A stretch of 63,827 bases of DNA, filler included, from Reticulomyxa filosa (Eukaryota; Protista; Foraminifera): NCBI GenBank assembly GCA_000512085.1. It is 20 parts of 20 records of this genome, joined end to end, with 100 filler letters (N's around TTAATTAATTAA, not from the genome) between each part and the next. Parts side by side here need not be neighbours in the genome. Positions count along the whole stretch, not along the records: positions 22,110 to 25,644 come from ASPP01024301.1; positions 25,745 to 26,819 come from ASPP01009231.1; positions 26,920 to 28,202 come from ASPP01024065.1; positions 28,303 to 32,023 come from ASPP01010413.1; positions 32,124 to 38,894 come from ASPP01019145.1; 15 more parts are not named here. One strand, 5' to 3'. Positions 22,542-35,310 of this stretch are shown here, piece after piece; within the stretch, counting starts at the first letter, position 1; each line of letters opens with the position of its first letter. The position numbers and the translations under genes are program-made. The notes below the pieces were generated by a model. It was not told the DNA's origin. It was given only the letters and a program-made list of their open reading frames with translations, and did no database searches.

Positions 22542-25500
22542 TTTGCAACTGCTTTTATTTTTTTTGCTTGGATCGTCTTCGATGATGTAAAATGGAAAAT
22601 GTTTAACTTTTTTTTTTAAGTTCAATGAAGGGACTTTAAAAATAGAATTCTGCAATGTCTATGTTTTTTCTTAATGAAGGAAAAAAAAAAGAAAATGAAT
22701 TATAACTTTTTATAACTATATTAAGAACAATAAATTATTTTTTTGCTATTCAGTATATATAATAATATAATGCTCACGATTAAAATGAAAATGCGAATAT
22801 TTTTATTATAAAAATTGTTAAAGCCAGACAAAATTCAATTATGTGTTCAAACAGAAAAAAATTTATTATAATCCAATAAATTAATTACCTTCAACGAAAT
22901 AAACAAACCAAAGCAAAGAAAGAAATATGAGTAAAGTCGAAGACAAAAACTAGAAAGAAAAACAAAGATTTGTTAAAAACTAAAGTACCTCCAGTTCCTT
23001 TTGGTCAACAATGCTGTTTTGTTTGATGGCTATTTTGAAGCATTTAAGGAGTTAAAATTTTTTTTTGCAAGTGCACACAAAGAAGAGCCTTTTGAGCACT
23101 TGAGTTCTTAGCAAAAAAAAAAAAAAAAGAAAAAAAACTGGAAGAAGTTGTCCCCTATGACTTCAGAATTGAGAGCTTTTGACATGTGATTAAAGTTGCC
23201 AAATGTCACGACTGAGATGTATTGACATAAAACTGCTACCACTTGTTTCATCTTTCAAAAAAATTGTCTAAGGAGTTAACATCAGATTAAAGACTTAATG
23301 TGTTCCTAATAACAGACTTTCTATACAAACTTATTGTCATGTATACGTCATACGTGTGATTTAAATAACATCACTCAATGAAGAAAGAATTGAGAAAAGA
23401 TGTGATTGAAATAGCAAAGCAATGGTGGAGGCTAAAGAATAAAAGTTTTTTAACTGTCTTTGAGAAATCAAATTTGAACAACAAATACTCAATGTAATTA
23501 TCTTTGTAATGTGGATTATTTCTTGTTTATATAACAACAGCAAAGTATTGCACGTTGATCTTTCAGTATTGTTTTTATTTTATTTTTTTTGTTTTCTCTA
23601 TGACAAAACCGGATCATTGAAAAGAATGTCAATAAAGGAGACAGTTCCTTTTATTTTGTTTTTGTCAAAGAAAAAACACAAACGGTGTCAAAAAGATTGC
23701 AGCATTCGTTTTCTCTACAAGAGTTTTCAAAATTTAATCACACAGTTGTACAACTATTTATGTGTTTGCTCATTTACAATTTCTATTTACATGAACAAAA
23801 CAGGATCATTTTTAAAAATATGTTCAAAAACATTAAATATTCGTTGATGTCAAAAGTTATCCGTTTTGTTATTTTTTTTGTAAAAATAGTTGCTGTGAAG
23901 TTTGGTCAATAATTGATTATTGTGATCTTATCATCATTTTTTTATTTGTTTTCATACAATGCATACGTCATCCAATAAAAAAGGTGAAAAAGCTCCTTTT
24001 TGAAAACTGTCGATCAAAAATTGCTCGATAAAAAAAATTGTGAGTTTTATATATTGATTGTTTTGTGCACATCTTAAACACAAAAACATGATATCCGATT
24101 GTTGAATATTCGTATTGAGTACATGAAATTCAAAAATTTGCGTGATTCACATTATTTCACTTTGAGTAATACAACAATACATATGAGCAAAATTGGGCGA
24201 TCCTTTTTCTGAACCTTTCATTCAACCTATTTTTTATTTTTTTGGGCAGTGAAATAATTTTGTTAACAAGTATGAATATAATTGATTGAAATATTTTTGA
24301 TTAAAATTGGGACTCTGAAGGTAACTTCAGTTCAATTCTTTCTTGTGTTTCTCAATAAAAACCTGAAGACAGGCCGAATTAAAAAAGCTGCACATGTAGA
24401 AAAACAAAAGAAAGTACTGTGGTATGTGATGTAGAACATTGGGCCTGACATGTGTATCCATGTTTTATTTAACAATCACTCATCTGATAGACAAAACATT
24501 CTTACACAATTAGATTGGCGAGTTTATTTGCTGACTACTTAAAAACTCGTTTTTTTTCTTTCTAGAAAAATCTACTCCAGAATAAAAAAAGATAAGATTG
24601 CTCTAGAATTTTTTGAGTAGTTTATTTTTAAAAAAATTAGGCATGACCCTTTTTGAAAAAACAAAGGCGACAATACATTATTCAAACAAAACTTTTGTAA
24701 TATATAAAAACAACAAATTCAAGCTTCAATTGACGCCTTTTTTTGTTTTTTTGTGAGGAAGACAAAGGTGTGTGTATTTGTTTACTTGCTCAATAAAGAA
24801 AAACGAACACCTGTCTTGAAACATTTTATTTTATTTTTCCCATGCTTTCATAATACATCGTAGTAAAGGAAAATATAATTATGCATATTGCTTTGAGAAA
24901 AAGCTGTAACTGGCATTATACAGTTATGAAACAATTTTAATTGCAATTTCAGTTGCTTGTTTTTCTTTTATTTTTTTCAATGAGACAGATCATATTGATA
25001 TTAGAATAAGGTAAATGCAATAATTTCTTTGACTAGTTTCAAAATCTTTAAAAATATTATTTTTCCATGCAATTTTACAACTTTCTTTTTAAAATTAATT
25101 GGTTCAAAAAACAAAAACAGTCATTAAAAAATGTGTCATGAATGTGCTTCACTTTAAACTTGCATTCATTCTTAATGAATTATATATTCATTGTGAATAA
25201 AAAAAAGGATAGTTTTGCTGTAATTAACAACATATTATTCAAAATAAGAAAACAAAGATTTTTAAAGAGTTATGTGTAATATGTTCATAAGGATGATCAG
25301 TTTTTTATTTCTTTTTGTATTATTTGTAGGTTTACAGAATAATGGGACAACAAAAACACATTCAATTATCAATTTGCCGTTTAAAAAAACTAATTTGCAA
25401 TTTTTGGATATGTTAATTTTAATTTTTAACATGTTATCTAATGTAGTGACAACAATTCTTATTTTTAATCTTTTCCTTCATATAATAAACTGTTATTCAA

Positions 25501-25744
25501 TTATGTGTTCGTATTAATTTAATTAAAACTATGTTCGATAGCAACAATTTATTGCTAAATTACCAAATATTTACAAGTGTTCTTTCAAATTAAAATAAAT
25601 TGAAAAAAATAGGCCTTATTGTTCTGTCTTATATTTTACAAAATNNNNNNNNNNNNNNNNNNNNNNNNNNNNNNNNNNNNNNNNNNNNTTAATTAATTAA
25701 NNNNNNNNNNNNNNNNNNNNNNNNNNNNNNNNNNNNNNNNNNNN

Positions 25745-26183
25745 TCATGGTGATTGACATGGGTGGAGGCACCGTCGATATCGCATGCCACGAAATTGTC
25801 GACGACTACAAGGTGAAAGAGCTGCTGGCGCCATCGGGAGGCGCTTGGGGGAGTACGTACATCGACAAGAACCTGGTGCACTTTTTGTACCAAATCTTTG
25901 GTGAGACAGAGATGCGGAAGTTCCACTCCACCCATCCGGACAAATTTGCCATCTTCGAAAACAACATCGAATCCGCGAAAATCAATTTCTGTGCCACCCG
26001 AGTTTATCGTCCCCAATTTTACGGCATCGATGTACCCCCTACCTTCACCGACTTTATGCTGGATACGTATACCACACAGGCCCCCTCCGGCGATGATAAC
26101 TCTGTCTTTCAATTTTTGCAAGCCAAAGTAAAGAGCTACTCTTTCAATAACACTTCCGGGTATTATATATACATATATGTATA

Positions 26184-26215
<32 letters not shown>

Positions 26216-26759
26216 CGTATATGTACATATATATATGTATATGTTATTAGATTATTCGACTACGATGGACGCTATTTGAACATATCCACCAAAGTTTTGG
26301 AACAATTTGTTTGATTCGAATCTCAAAGAAATTTTTGGACAGATTGAAAAACTACTTATTTCTGAAGTATTCAAAAAACAGCCTCTAAAATATATGTTTT
26401 TGGCCGGAGGCTTTGCGTGCTCCAAGTACGTGCAAGAACAGTTCAAAATACATTTTAAAGATTGCTCGTTTCGAATTATCATCCCGCAGTATCCTCTGCT
26501 ATCCGTTGTCGATGGTGCCGCTCAACTAGGCAAACGCGCCATCTCCATCGAAAAACAGGCTGCATTTGTCACCAGCCACATCATGCCGAGGACGTATGGC
26601 ATACGCACGTGCTGGGGGGTCGATAGGGCTCTTGCCCATCCCAAAGTCAAATCCTTTGTCAAACAGAACACATTCTTTTCCGACGTCAGCAATGAAATGC
26701 TTGTCAAAAATTGCTTTTCGGTGTTTGTCAAGCAAGGCGAATCGGTCTCGATTGACAAG
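25745..26759 (+). CDS. HSPA12-like atypical Hsp70 (internal fragment, one intron about 26160-26250)
   Basis: VIDMGGGTVDIACH, PSGGAWGSTYID, FLAGGFACSKY, LSVVDGAA, RTYGI. Confidence 0.85.
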
Positions 26760-26989
26760 GTTAAGTTTATGGTAGGGGAGGGAAAAAAAAAAAATTGGAA
26801 GGATTTTTTTTTTTTTTTTNNNNNNNNNNNNNNNNNNNNNNNNNNNNNNNNNNNNNNNNNNNNTTAATTAATTAANNNNNNNNNNNNNNNNNNNNNNNNN
26901 NNNNNNNNNNNNNNNNNNNGGGGGGGGGGGGGGACTAATGTTGAATTTTAAACACTGCAAAACTCTTTTTTTTTTTTTTTTTTAAAAAA

Positions 26990-28160
26990 AAAAGAAAAAC
27001 TGCTGACGACTGGACTGAGTCGGTTCTTCATGCTGTTCCATTGGGTAACCACCATAGTGGTTTTGCAGGAACTGATAGTGGCCAATGAGGTGATATGGTC
27101 GCTAGTGATGTTCACGTCGATGCTGGCACCCTTCATCGTGGTATGGAGCGCGGGCTTGCGCTGGGTGAGCGATCGGCAATTGCCCGCGTGGATCAAACCC
27201 ATCTATGCCTTTCCCTTCACCGGTGTGGCCATGCTCATCCTGTTCAATGGCTATTTGATTGTTGAGGCCTTTGTCATCAATCCCATCTTGTATATCGTGC
27301 GTCGTGGCCGCATTTTGGAATTTACCGAGTCGTCAGAAATGCACTCCTTTCTCAGGCTCAAAGCTGTGGCTGAGTTGTTTGTACAAAGTATTCCACAATT
27401 ATTCATGCAAGTTTTGTTTTTGTTTTTTTTTTTAAACAATGCATATGTACATGAGTACATTTTTTTTATTTTTATTTTTTCATCGGACTATGATAATATA
27501 CATACATGCATATATATATATATATATACATATATGTATGTATGTATACGTTATGTGTATTGCATGTAATAGTTGTATATCTATTTTAATGGAGCTGGTG
27601 TAAATCTAGGACTGACGTTCCGATCAATCGCGAGTGCAATTGCCTCTGCGGTGTTGAACATTGTGTTCATAACCTTCATTTTGAATAAAGAAGCTATGGA
27701 CAATGAACAATCCTTTTTCGATTATGCAATTCTGACTTTGCAGGTTTCATACTGATGTTGACTTATGTTAAAATGGGAAGAAACAACAACATACCTTTTT
27801 TCTTTTTTTTATTAAAAAAAAAAAAAAAAGGGAACGATTCGGCTATACCCCTTTTGTGGATTCCATTGCGAAAGGTCGAACCCGCTACGTGGACTACATG
27901 GCGTTCAACCAAGGGCAGCTACGATTCAATGCAGATGCAATTCGAAAGTTGATTGGAGCACTCAACTCGAAGCACGCTCAAGTCGGAATCATACGCATGG
28001 GCAACACATGTGTGGATTTGGGAAGAAATGCAGATGACATGCTAATTTTGTGGCGTTTGAGAGACATGTGCTCCAGGAAATTCATTCAATTTCAAGAAGA
28101 CCTCACTGATGTTTCGACCCGATTATATACACAAACAGACAATAAAATATGTAGTGTTTA
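26990..28160 (+). CDS. Multi-pass membrane protein, XK-related-like (fragment, multi-exon)
   Basis: Several TM helices plus AELFVQSIPQLFMQ, resembling the XK motif ExxxESxPQLxLQ. Confidence 0.5.
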
Positions 28161-28304
28161 TTACTCTTCCTCAAGCTTTATAACTGACATATATATATAT
28201 ATNNNNNNNNNNNNNNNNNNNNNNNNNNNNNNNNNNNNNNNNNNNNTTAATTAATTAANNNNNNNNNNNNNNNNNNNNNNNNNNNNNNNNNNNNNNNNNN
28301 NNAT

Positions 28305-29208
28305 CCCAATACGTACAAACAATTAGCAGAAGAATTGAGTGAAAAGGCTTTTAAAAAAGCATTCCCTCCAGAATATTTTAATATTAAGGCTGCAAAAGAA
28401 GGATCCCTTATCCTCTTTGTGGAATTGGGAGCGGGAATAGGAGCAGGAATAGGAGCGGGAGTGGGAGCGCTTTTCGCAGTCGTAGGAGTAGTGCCAGGAA
28501 TAGCGATATGAGCATGGATAGGAGCAGGAGCAGTGATATGGCTGATTAGCAAACTAATACTGTCGAAGCTCCAAGCGTGGGAGCCGTCCATATTAATATG
28601 GTACAAGCTGCAAACAATGCTGTAAACGGCAATGCTTTAAATGGCAATGTTGCAAACAATAATGCTGCAAACGGTAATGCTGCAAATGGTAATGCTGCAA
28701 ATGGTAATGCTTTAAATGGCAATGCTTTAAATGGCAATGTTGCAAACAATAATGCTGCAAACGGTAATGCTGCAAACGGCAATGCTGCAAACGGCAATGC
28801 TTTAAATGGCAATGTTGCAAACAATAATGTTGCAAACGACAATGCTGTAAACAATAATGCCGCAAACCACAATGCTGTAAACAGCTCTATAAACAACAGG
28901 CCTGAATGGAAAGTAAGTCAGCCTGTGCTTGTGAATGGGCAACCAGGCAAAATTACCACTGTACATACCACTGACTCTGAGGTTTAGTATATTTTTTCAA
29001 TATGTTAAACAGGATAAAAAAGTGTTTTAAAAGATGGCTGTTTTTGTACATAGGCTACTGGACCATATATTGTAGTTAAATGCGGCGATCCGCCAGAATA
29101 CAAAACCTTCCCTTATGGCACTTCTAATGTGTGTGTTGTGCAGCCAGAGGTAGCATTCGACATGACAACAGGTGATGATTTTCATAATCCTTCGTTTTGC
29201 ATAAATTA
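28305..29208 (+). pseudogene. Glycine-zipper plus Asn-rich pentapeptide-repeat protein, disrupted
   Basis: GAGIGAGIGAGVGALFAVVGVVPGIAI*AWIGAG with TGA at 28509-28511 at a Gly position, then a frameshift into (NAANG/NALNG/NVANN)n. Confidence 0.55.
28616..28882 (+). repeat. 15-bp coding minisatellite (AATGCTGCAAACGGC-type), about 18 copies
   Basis: Directly visible, with higher-order NALNG-NVANN-NAANG blocks. Confidence 0.9.
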
Positions 29209-30157
29209 AAAGATTGTATATGAAGAAAAGTAAATAACAGAAATTTAATTTTCAATTAGTGTGTAGATACAATTATTTTCTTTACATCGATTATTGCAAA
29301 AAAGCTTTATTTTTCCAATGAAATAGAATTGATTCAAATAAGGAAGGTATTGATAAAATACCAAAATATCCGAAAAGTATTGGACAGCTGAATTTGCCAT
29401 TGACCAAATTTCTGATACTAATGTTACTTATTTCAAATAAACTATAAACATTTGCTATGAACTAATCTTTAATTTATACATTTTTGACTGTAGATATCAT
29501 TTTAAAAATTTCGTAAATAAATTGCAAGAATTTAGATGTTCGCTTTAGGTGTTTTTTTGCGGACTGTGAATTAACACATTAAAATGCCAAATTAAGCCAA
29601 TTATATTTTGTCAAGAAACCAATTTAATTTGTATTTAGTTTTTTTCTACTGATAAAGGAAATCTATCGGGAAAATGCCAAGTTAAGCCACTACCAAAGGC
29701 AATACATATCATTACTTGATTTTAAGCAAAAAACTTTTTTCAGGAATATACAATTAACACTAAAAAAAGATTCCTTAAAATGAATCCCTATGGGCATTCA
29801 TGAATAGACACATAAATTTGTTGAAAATTTAAAAAGAAATTATAAAAAAGCGATAGTTGACATAATCAACTGCATCCTAATAATTTCAACTATCTCTCTC
29901 GCAAAAACAATAATGAAAAAGATAACGGAAGTAAAAAAAAAATTGAAAAGCGTTTAAACTATGAACAAAAAGACACATATCAAAAATAAAAACAGAAACA
30001 TAAAAAATCAAGAAGGATTTCTATAGGATAAGAAGAATATCGATTACTAGTTTCAATAATCATTTGATTGAAATATAATAACATACCTTTTTGTCAACTA
30101 AACACTGTAAAATGTACTTCTTCACGTATTAAGTAATTTTTAAAACAAACTTAAAAC

Positions 30158-30392
30158 TAGTGTAGAGTGTGTAAAGGCAGCACTAAATGTAATACGAAAA
30201 GTGGTTATTGATTAAATGTCAGAAAAAAAAACAAAAAGTTTTACATAACTAAAAAACAATCTTCACTTTTTAACTTTTTTGTGTGTTAGTCGTTTTTTAG
30301 TTATGTAAAACTTTTTGTTTTCTTTTCTGACATTTAATCAATAACCACTTTTCGTATTACATTTAGTGCTGCCTTTAACACTTCCTACACTA
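30158..30392. repeat. Long inverted repeat (86-bp core arms, 1 mismatch, 34-nt loop)
   Basis: 30172-30257 is the reverse complement of 30292-30377; pairing extends imperfectly to 30158 and 30392. Confidence 0.92.
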
Positions 30393-31067
30393 TGTGTAAA
30401 ATATCTAATAATGGTTATGATACACGGGCTCTCTTGTCTGAAGATAGAAAAGTCTTTTTAAAAACTGAAAAAGAAATTTGAATAGAAATGTAACAGGAAT
30501 AACTAATTCTATTTTTTAAAAAAGTTCATAAACATATCCGCAAAAAAAATGAATATGTTTGTTTGAAGAAAGATAGGAAGTTTAAGAATGTATTCTCACG
30601 ATATCTGATAAGATAAGAGCAAGTTCAATAATAACTTTGGAAAAATCCGCATTGATGAACAAAATACTTTCTCTTTTTGTAAATTAATCCAACAAACAAT
30701 CACCATCTAAAAAAGGATCAATTTTTATCCCAATAAGAAAGGTTTAATCAGTCACCTTTGTAAAAAGAGCTCAGTTGGTGTTTTTATGAGCATATTGAGC
30801 CAGTCCTGTTTTTTTTTGAGGTGAAAGCAACACATGCAGTAACAACTTTGGCGGCAACCCTCCCAAAAGGCGAGCAACAAGAGTAGACAAAAGATGAAAA
30901 CGTAAATAAGTGAAAGACATACAAGGGAAATCAATTATTCTCATAAACAAGTGATCGGATGTTTAGAGATAAATGGATTGAGTTTCTTTCTAATGAGTGG
31001 CGTCGGTTCTTTTCTTGTTGTTTAAATTACAAAAAAAAAAAGAAGAAAAGAGAAAAATGTGTTGTTA

Positions 31068-32023
31068 TCAATTGAAGCTACCGTAATTCGTTACAGCACG
31101 ATTCAAAGAACTCCTATGAAAGTGACCCCCCAAAAAAATTACAATTTAGACTAATTTTCAAAAAGGTACCCCCCCCAAAAAAAAAAACCAAGTAAAATAA
31201 CAAATAAACCCAACAAACTTGATATTTGCTTGCAAAATGCGATGGATAATTTTCCAAATTAAATGAACGAATAAGCCAAAGGAAACCATAAGAACAAAGA
31301 AGCCCAAGCGCAAGGTACGATTAGTGGGTGTGGACAACGAGAGATACAAATACATGGCGATAAAAAGCAAGGGACACAGAGCGCAAACGATGCATCCAAA
31401 AAGGCCTCCAGGGATTTTAAAAGGTCTTGGCTCCTCCGGTTTGTTTTTTCGCACCCACAAAAACGATAAAATCATGCAAATGGTATTGGCACTCGCGATA
31501 ATCATATCCACTTCGATGATCATTTCAAAATCGGCCACAAAGAAGATGGTAGTGGCAACCAGCAAATTGAGCAACACGTAAATGCGCCTTTGCGCCATTA
31601 TGTCGGCGACATGGTTAATTCCGTCTTGCAAGTTCTCAATAAAGTTGACCGAGTCAATCATCGGATGTCGCGTTTGATTGCGGCGGGTCTCTTCTGTCGG
31701 CATGGGGTCGGTCATACATGGAATAACGGGCAGACGTGTCACCGGCTCTCCTCTCTCGCCTCCGCTCTCACTGCAAGATGTCGAATCGTACACATTGTCG
31801 TCCGTCGGATATTCAAACGTGGCTGGGCGGGCCAACGAGGTGGGTAATTGAATCACGCTGTAGTTGTTGCTGCTTTGTCTTTTAGTTAAGCCTTGTCCGG
31901 TGTTCACGTTCACATATTTCTTGTTTTCCAAGTTCTCGGGCCACACCACCACGGTGGGAAGGGGAGTGGAGGACGATCGTTTCATTCCTGTGTCTCTACT
32001 CGTTTTCAAAACCAAACATATGC
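31068..32023 (-). CDS. APC-superfamily amino acid/polyamine permease, C-terminal part
   Basis: VRKNKPEEPRPFKIPGG motif flanked by TM helices; a probable last exon ends KSSLNRAVTNYGSFN*. Confidence 0.7.
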
Positions 32024-32789
32024 NNNNNNNNNNNNNNNNNNNNNNNNNNNNNNNNNNNNNNNNNNNNTTAATTAATTAANNNNNNNNNNNNNNNNNNNNN
32101 NNNNNNNNNNNNNNNNNNNNNNNATTGTTTAAGAATTGAAAATGAAGTACGTCGACAAGCACACAAACTCAAAGAATGGACCATTGGAATTTATGTGAGA
32201 ACGTCGCTCTTGCTAAATAGTCGGCGTGTGCACGAAATTTGACGTGAAATGTGGTTGTGTGTGAGCGTACCAAATTGAAACGCCGACTGTGGGTTGAAAA
32301 AAACTCTCATTCGAGCTGATTTAGTTGCCGTCATGTGAAGTGTTTGTTACTTTTCTAAAAAAAACTTGGGTTAGTGTTGAGTGAACCGTTTGTTTGATTT
32401 TTAAAATTTTATTAATTCTCCAATTGTTTGATATTTAAAAATTTTCTGCAAGTTCAAATCTTAAAATATTAAAATAAAAATACTTTTTGTAATTACATCA
32501 ATCAATAGATAATTTTCTTCAGATGTTGTTGCTAGCATCAGGATTCCACTTGAAAAATGATTTGGTTTATAACAGAGAAAGAAAGAAAACACTAAGTGTT
32601 TTAAGTTTTTTCCAAGTTATGCGAAAATGTCTTTGGTGATTAAGTAAAAATTCTTTCTATTTATTATTTAAAAAATTCAAAATACAAAATTCTTTTTCGA
32701 TCATCAACAGATCAGAAGAGAATTAGATCTAACCAAATATCTCTTAATACATCTAAATAAAAGAGCCCCTTTTCAAAACGAAAAAAAAT

Positions 32790-34041
32790 CGAAAACTGGT
32801 AAATGGTTACGAAAAAACTGAGGCAAAAGTGTAAAGTGTATTTGATCTGAGCGACGCCTGGCCGCGCACAAATTCCTGTTCGAACTCACTCTTCCGCGGG
32901 GAGTTTTGAAAACAAGGACCGTCACCACTGTTGGCTCTTTCAAATGAGGCAATAGCTGTTTGGCCAATGAACCCTTTCTTTTTCTTGTGTCGCTGTGTGT
33001 TTCTTTCTGCCCCTTTGTCACTGTATACGTTTCGTCCGATGGATTCATTACTGATACTATGTGGTAGTCAACTCTGTTTTATACATGCACATATACATTT
33101 TTTTAAAAAAAAACAAGTGTTAAATAAAGAATACGTACATTTGATTGAAACGTGGACACCATCGTTCCACTCCTTTCTTCTCCTTCATTGCTTTCATTTT
33201 CAATGACGACGAGAGTGAGAGATATACTGGAACTTGGAGTCAGTTGCGCAGGATGCTATGTGAGGTGCGATCACTGCTGCCGACGAAGCGCGGAGAGTGA
33301 CATTGAATATGACATTGGCTGACATTGTTGGACTCAAACATTGCATCGGTACAATTTTTTTGGAAACCATTTGGAGAAAACATTAATGTATCAAAAGTTA
33401 TGCCTTTATATATTTGTGTATTTATATATGTTTATATTGATGTGCTTTTTAAAAAAAAAAAAAAACAACGACAAATAGCATGTACATGCATAAAAGTATA
33501 TGGTGTGACAAAAATGCACGTTGGTTGAGCAGAAACAATACTGCTTATACATATGTTTAGTATTATAACTTGAAAACATCGTTTTATTCCTTTTTTTTTT
33601 TTGTTTGACTGGGAGCGCCCTTGGAAAACTCACTTCAAACACCAAGTGGTGGATGTACTCTCAATCCATTGCTACTGCCATTCGTGGCATCTCCGTGCTC
33701 ATGGACCAACACAGGGCTGTTGCATCCAATCAAAGACCGTCGCGCCACACTCCGACCGCGAGGTCCTGTCATTCACAGTTTTTATTTCCTCTGTTGTTGT
33801 TGAAAAATAGAGGTACCCTCCTATTGCTTTTTGTGCTGTTGTGTTCTTGTCTTGTTTCCAAAACTTTGCGCTTGTGCATTTTGCAGGAGTCAGTTATATT
33901 CATTTCTTCATCCTCCGGCACTTGGTATTCCGACGCGTCAAGTATATGAACCTCTTTTTCTGAAGCTGCATCTCGATTACTCAAAGCTTCAAAAGACAAA
34001 ATAGTCGCTGATTTTTGTTTGTTAAATATATTCTCGGACAT
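32790..34041 (-). pseudogene. Unidentified multi-exon hypothetical gene or pseudogene
   Basis: GC-richer exon-like blocks alternate with AT-rich intron-like blocks; there are internal stops and no recognisable domain. Confidence 0.3.
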
Positions 34042-35310
34042 TGCAAATAGACGGAGTGAAGGGAGTTGAGTTATGGTAAAAATGTTCGAGCATTTTTTTT
34101 TTCCTTAACCTGTTAGCCTTGTTTCAAAGGCTTCTCTGTAGATATCTAATTACACAATCTCCTATGGTACATAAACATGTTTTTCATTACTATCTATCAA
34201 AATTTGGCAGCTTTATATAAGAAATAAACCGTTTTCAATTTTTTTAAAACATTATCTACAAATGCTCAAGCGCATCAGTGTTTGTTGACAAACAATTCAG
34301 TATTTTCTTACTATTTTTTATTAAACAAAGTTTAATAAATAAAATTGTTATTACCCCAAATCAACAATCATTCCCTTAAGGTATTATTATTAACACCAAA
34401 GTTCATCTTAAACACAATCATTTATAGCAGAAAGAAAAAAATACTAACTATAGCGAACTTTTTACATAATACGTGTATGTAAATTATCTTAGTGCACCAT
34501 CAAAAAAAATATAACCAAACAAAAAAAAGGGTCGTTCAATTTTTCTTAATTTTCATTTTTGTAATCGTTATCTGCATCAACATGTCAACTGATACCTACA
34601 GTTGCGAAAACAGCCACCAAATATGCGATAGTACGTCAGCAAAAGGAATGTGCTTCTCTTGTCCAATGATTAATATCATAGCAAGGATGACAGTCCATTA
34701 TTAGATATATCATTGCCATTATTCAAAAAAATGCGCTTCACTGCATTAATATTCACACTGAAATATTTTCCAAATCACTTAGTTCAACTCTTTGCCATCG
34801 TTTTTTATCATTTAAAGTCACTAGCCAAAATAAAATAAAAGGGATGTTATCTCCTTTTTCTTTTATCGCTTGTGGATTCGGTATTACGTTCTGCACTGTG
34901 TTGTGTTTCGGTTTTTCAAATCTGCCATTTTGCTTTTTTTGGACTATTTATTTCACAATGAAAAAATGTTAATTAAAAAAAAAGTTAGGTATTGAGCTCT
35001 TGTGCGGTGTTTTTGTTGCAATAAAGTTGCAAACTAAAACATAACAAAACTTAAAAAGTTACAAACGGCAAGGGACAATAACCCGATACTAGCTTTCATT
35101 ATAAAGATCTTGTTCATGTTTAGAGCTTTTAGAGGTTTTAGATCTTTCTTAAAAAAACCTTTTTTAGTCTCGAATTTTTTTTTTTAATATTTGAAATAAA
35201 AAAAAATGATAAATATCTTGATAAAATGTGTGATAAAAGCAATTTTTGATGAAATCTGTTAACTAAAATCCAAATTACAAATCTTTCTATAAAAGTTGTG
35301 CGGTTGGCTA

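Noticed and set aside
2166-28511. Stop-codon reassignment suggested by in-frame TAA (2166) and TGA (3674, 28509)
   Set aside because: Intact genes here end with TAA (WD40, ARPC1), TAG (HAD) and TGA (Rab, calmodulin-like) and have no internal stops. The REP and glycine-zipper loci also carry frameshifts.
28546-28896. Hydrophobic repeat ORF (FAALP)n and (LQHYC)n
   Set aside because: Alternative frames of the 15-bp minisatellite; the Asn-rich plus-strand frame continues into spliced non-repetitive sequence.
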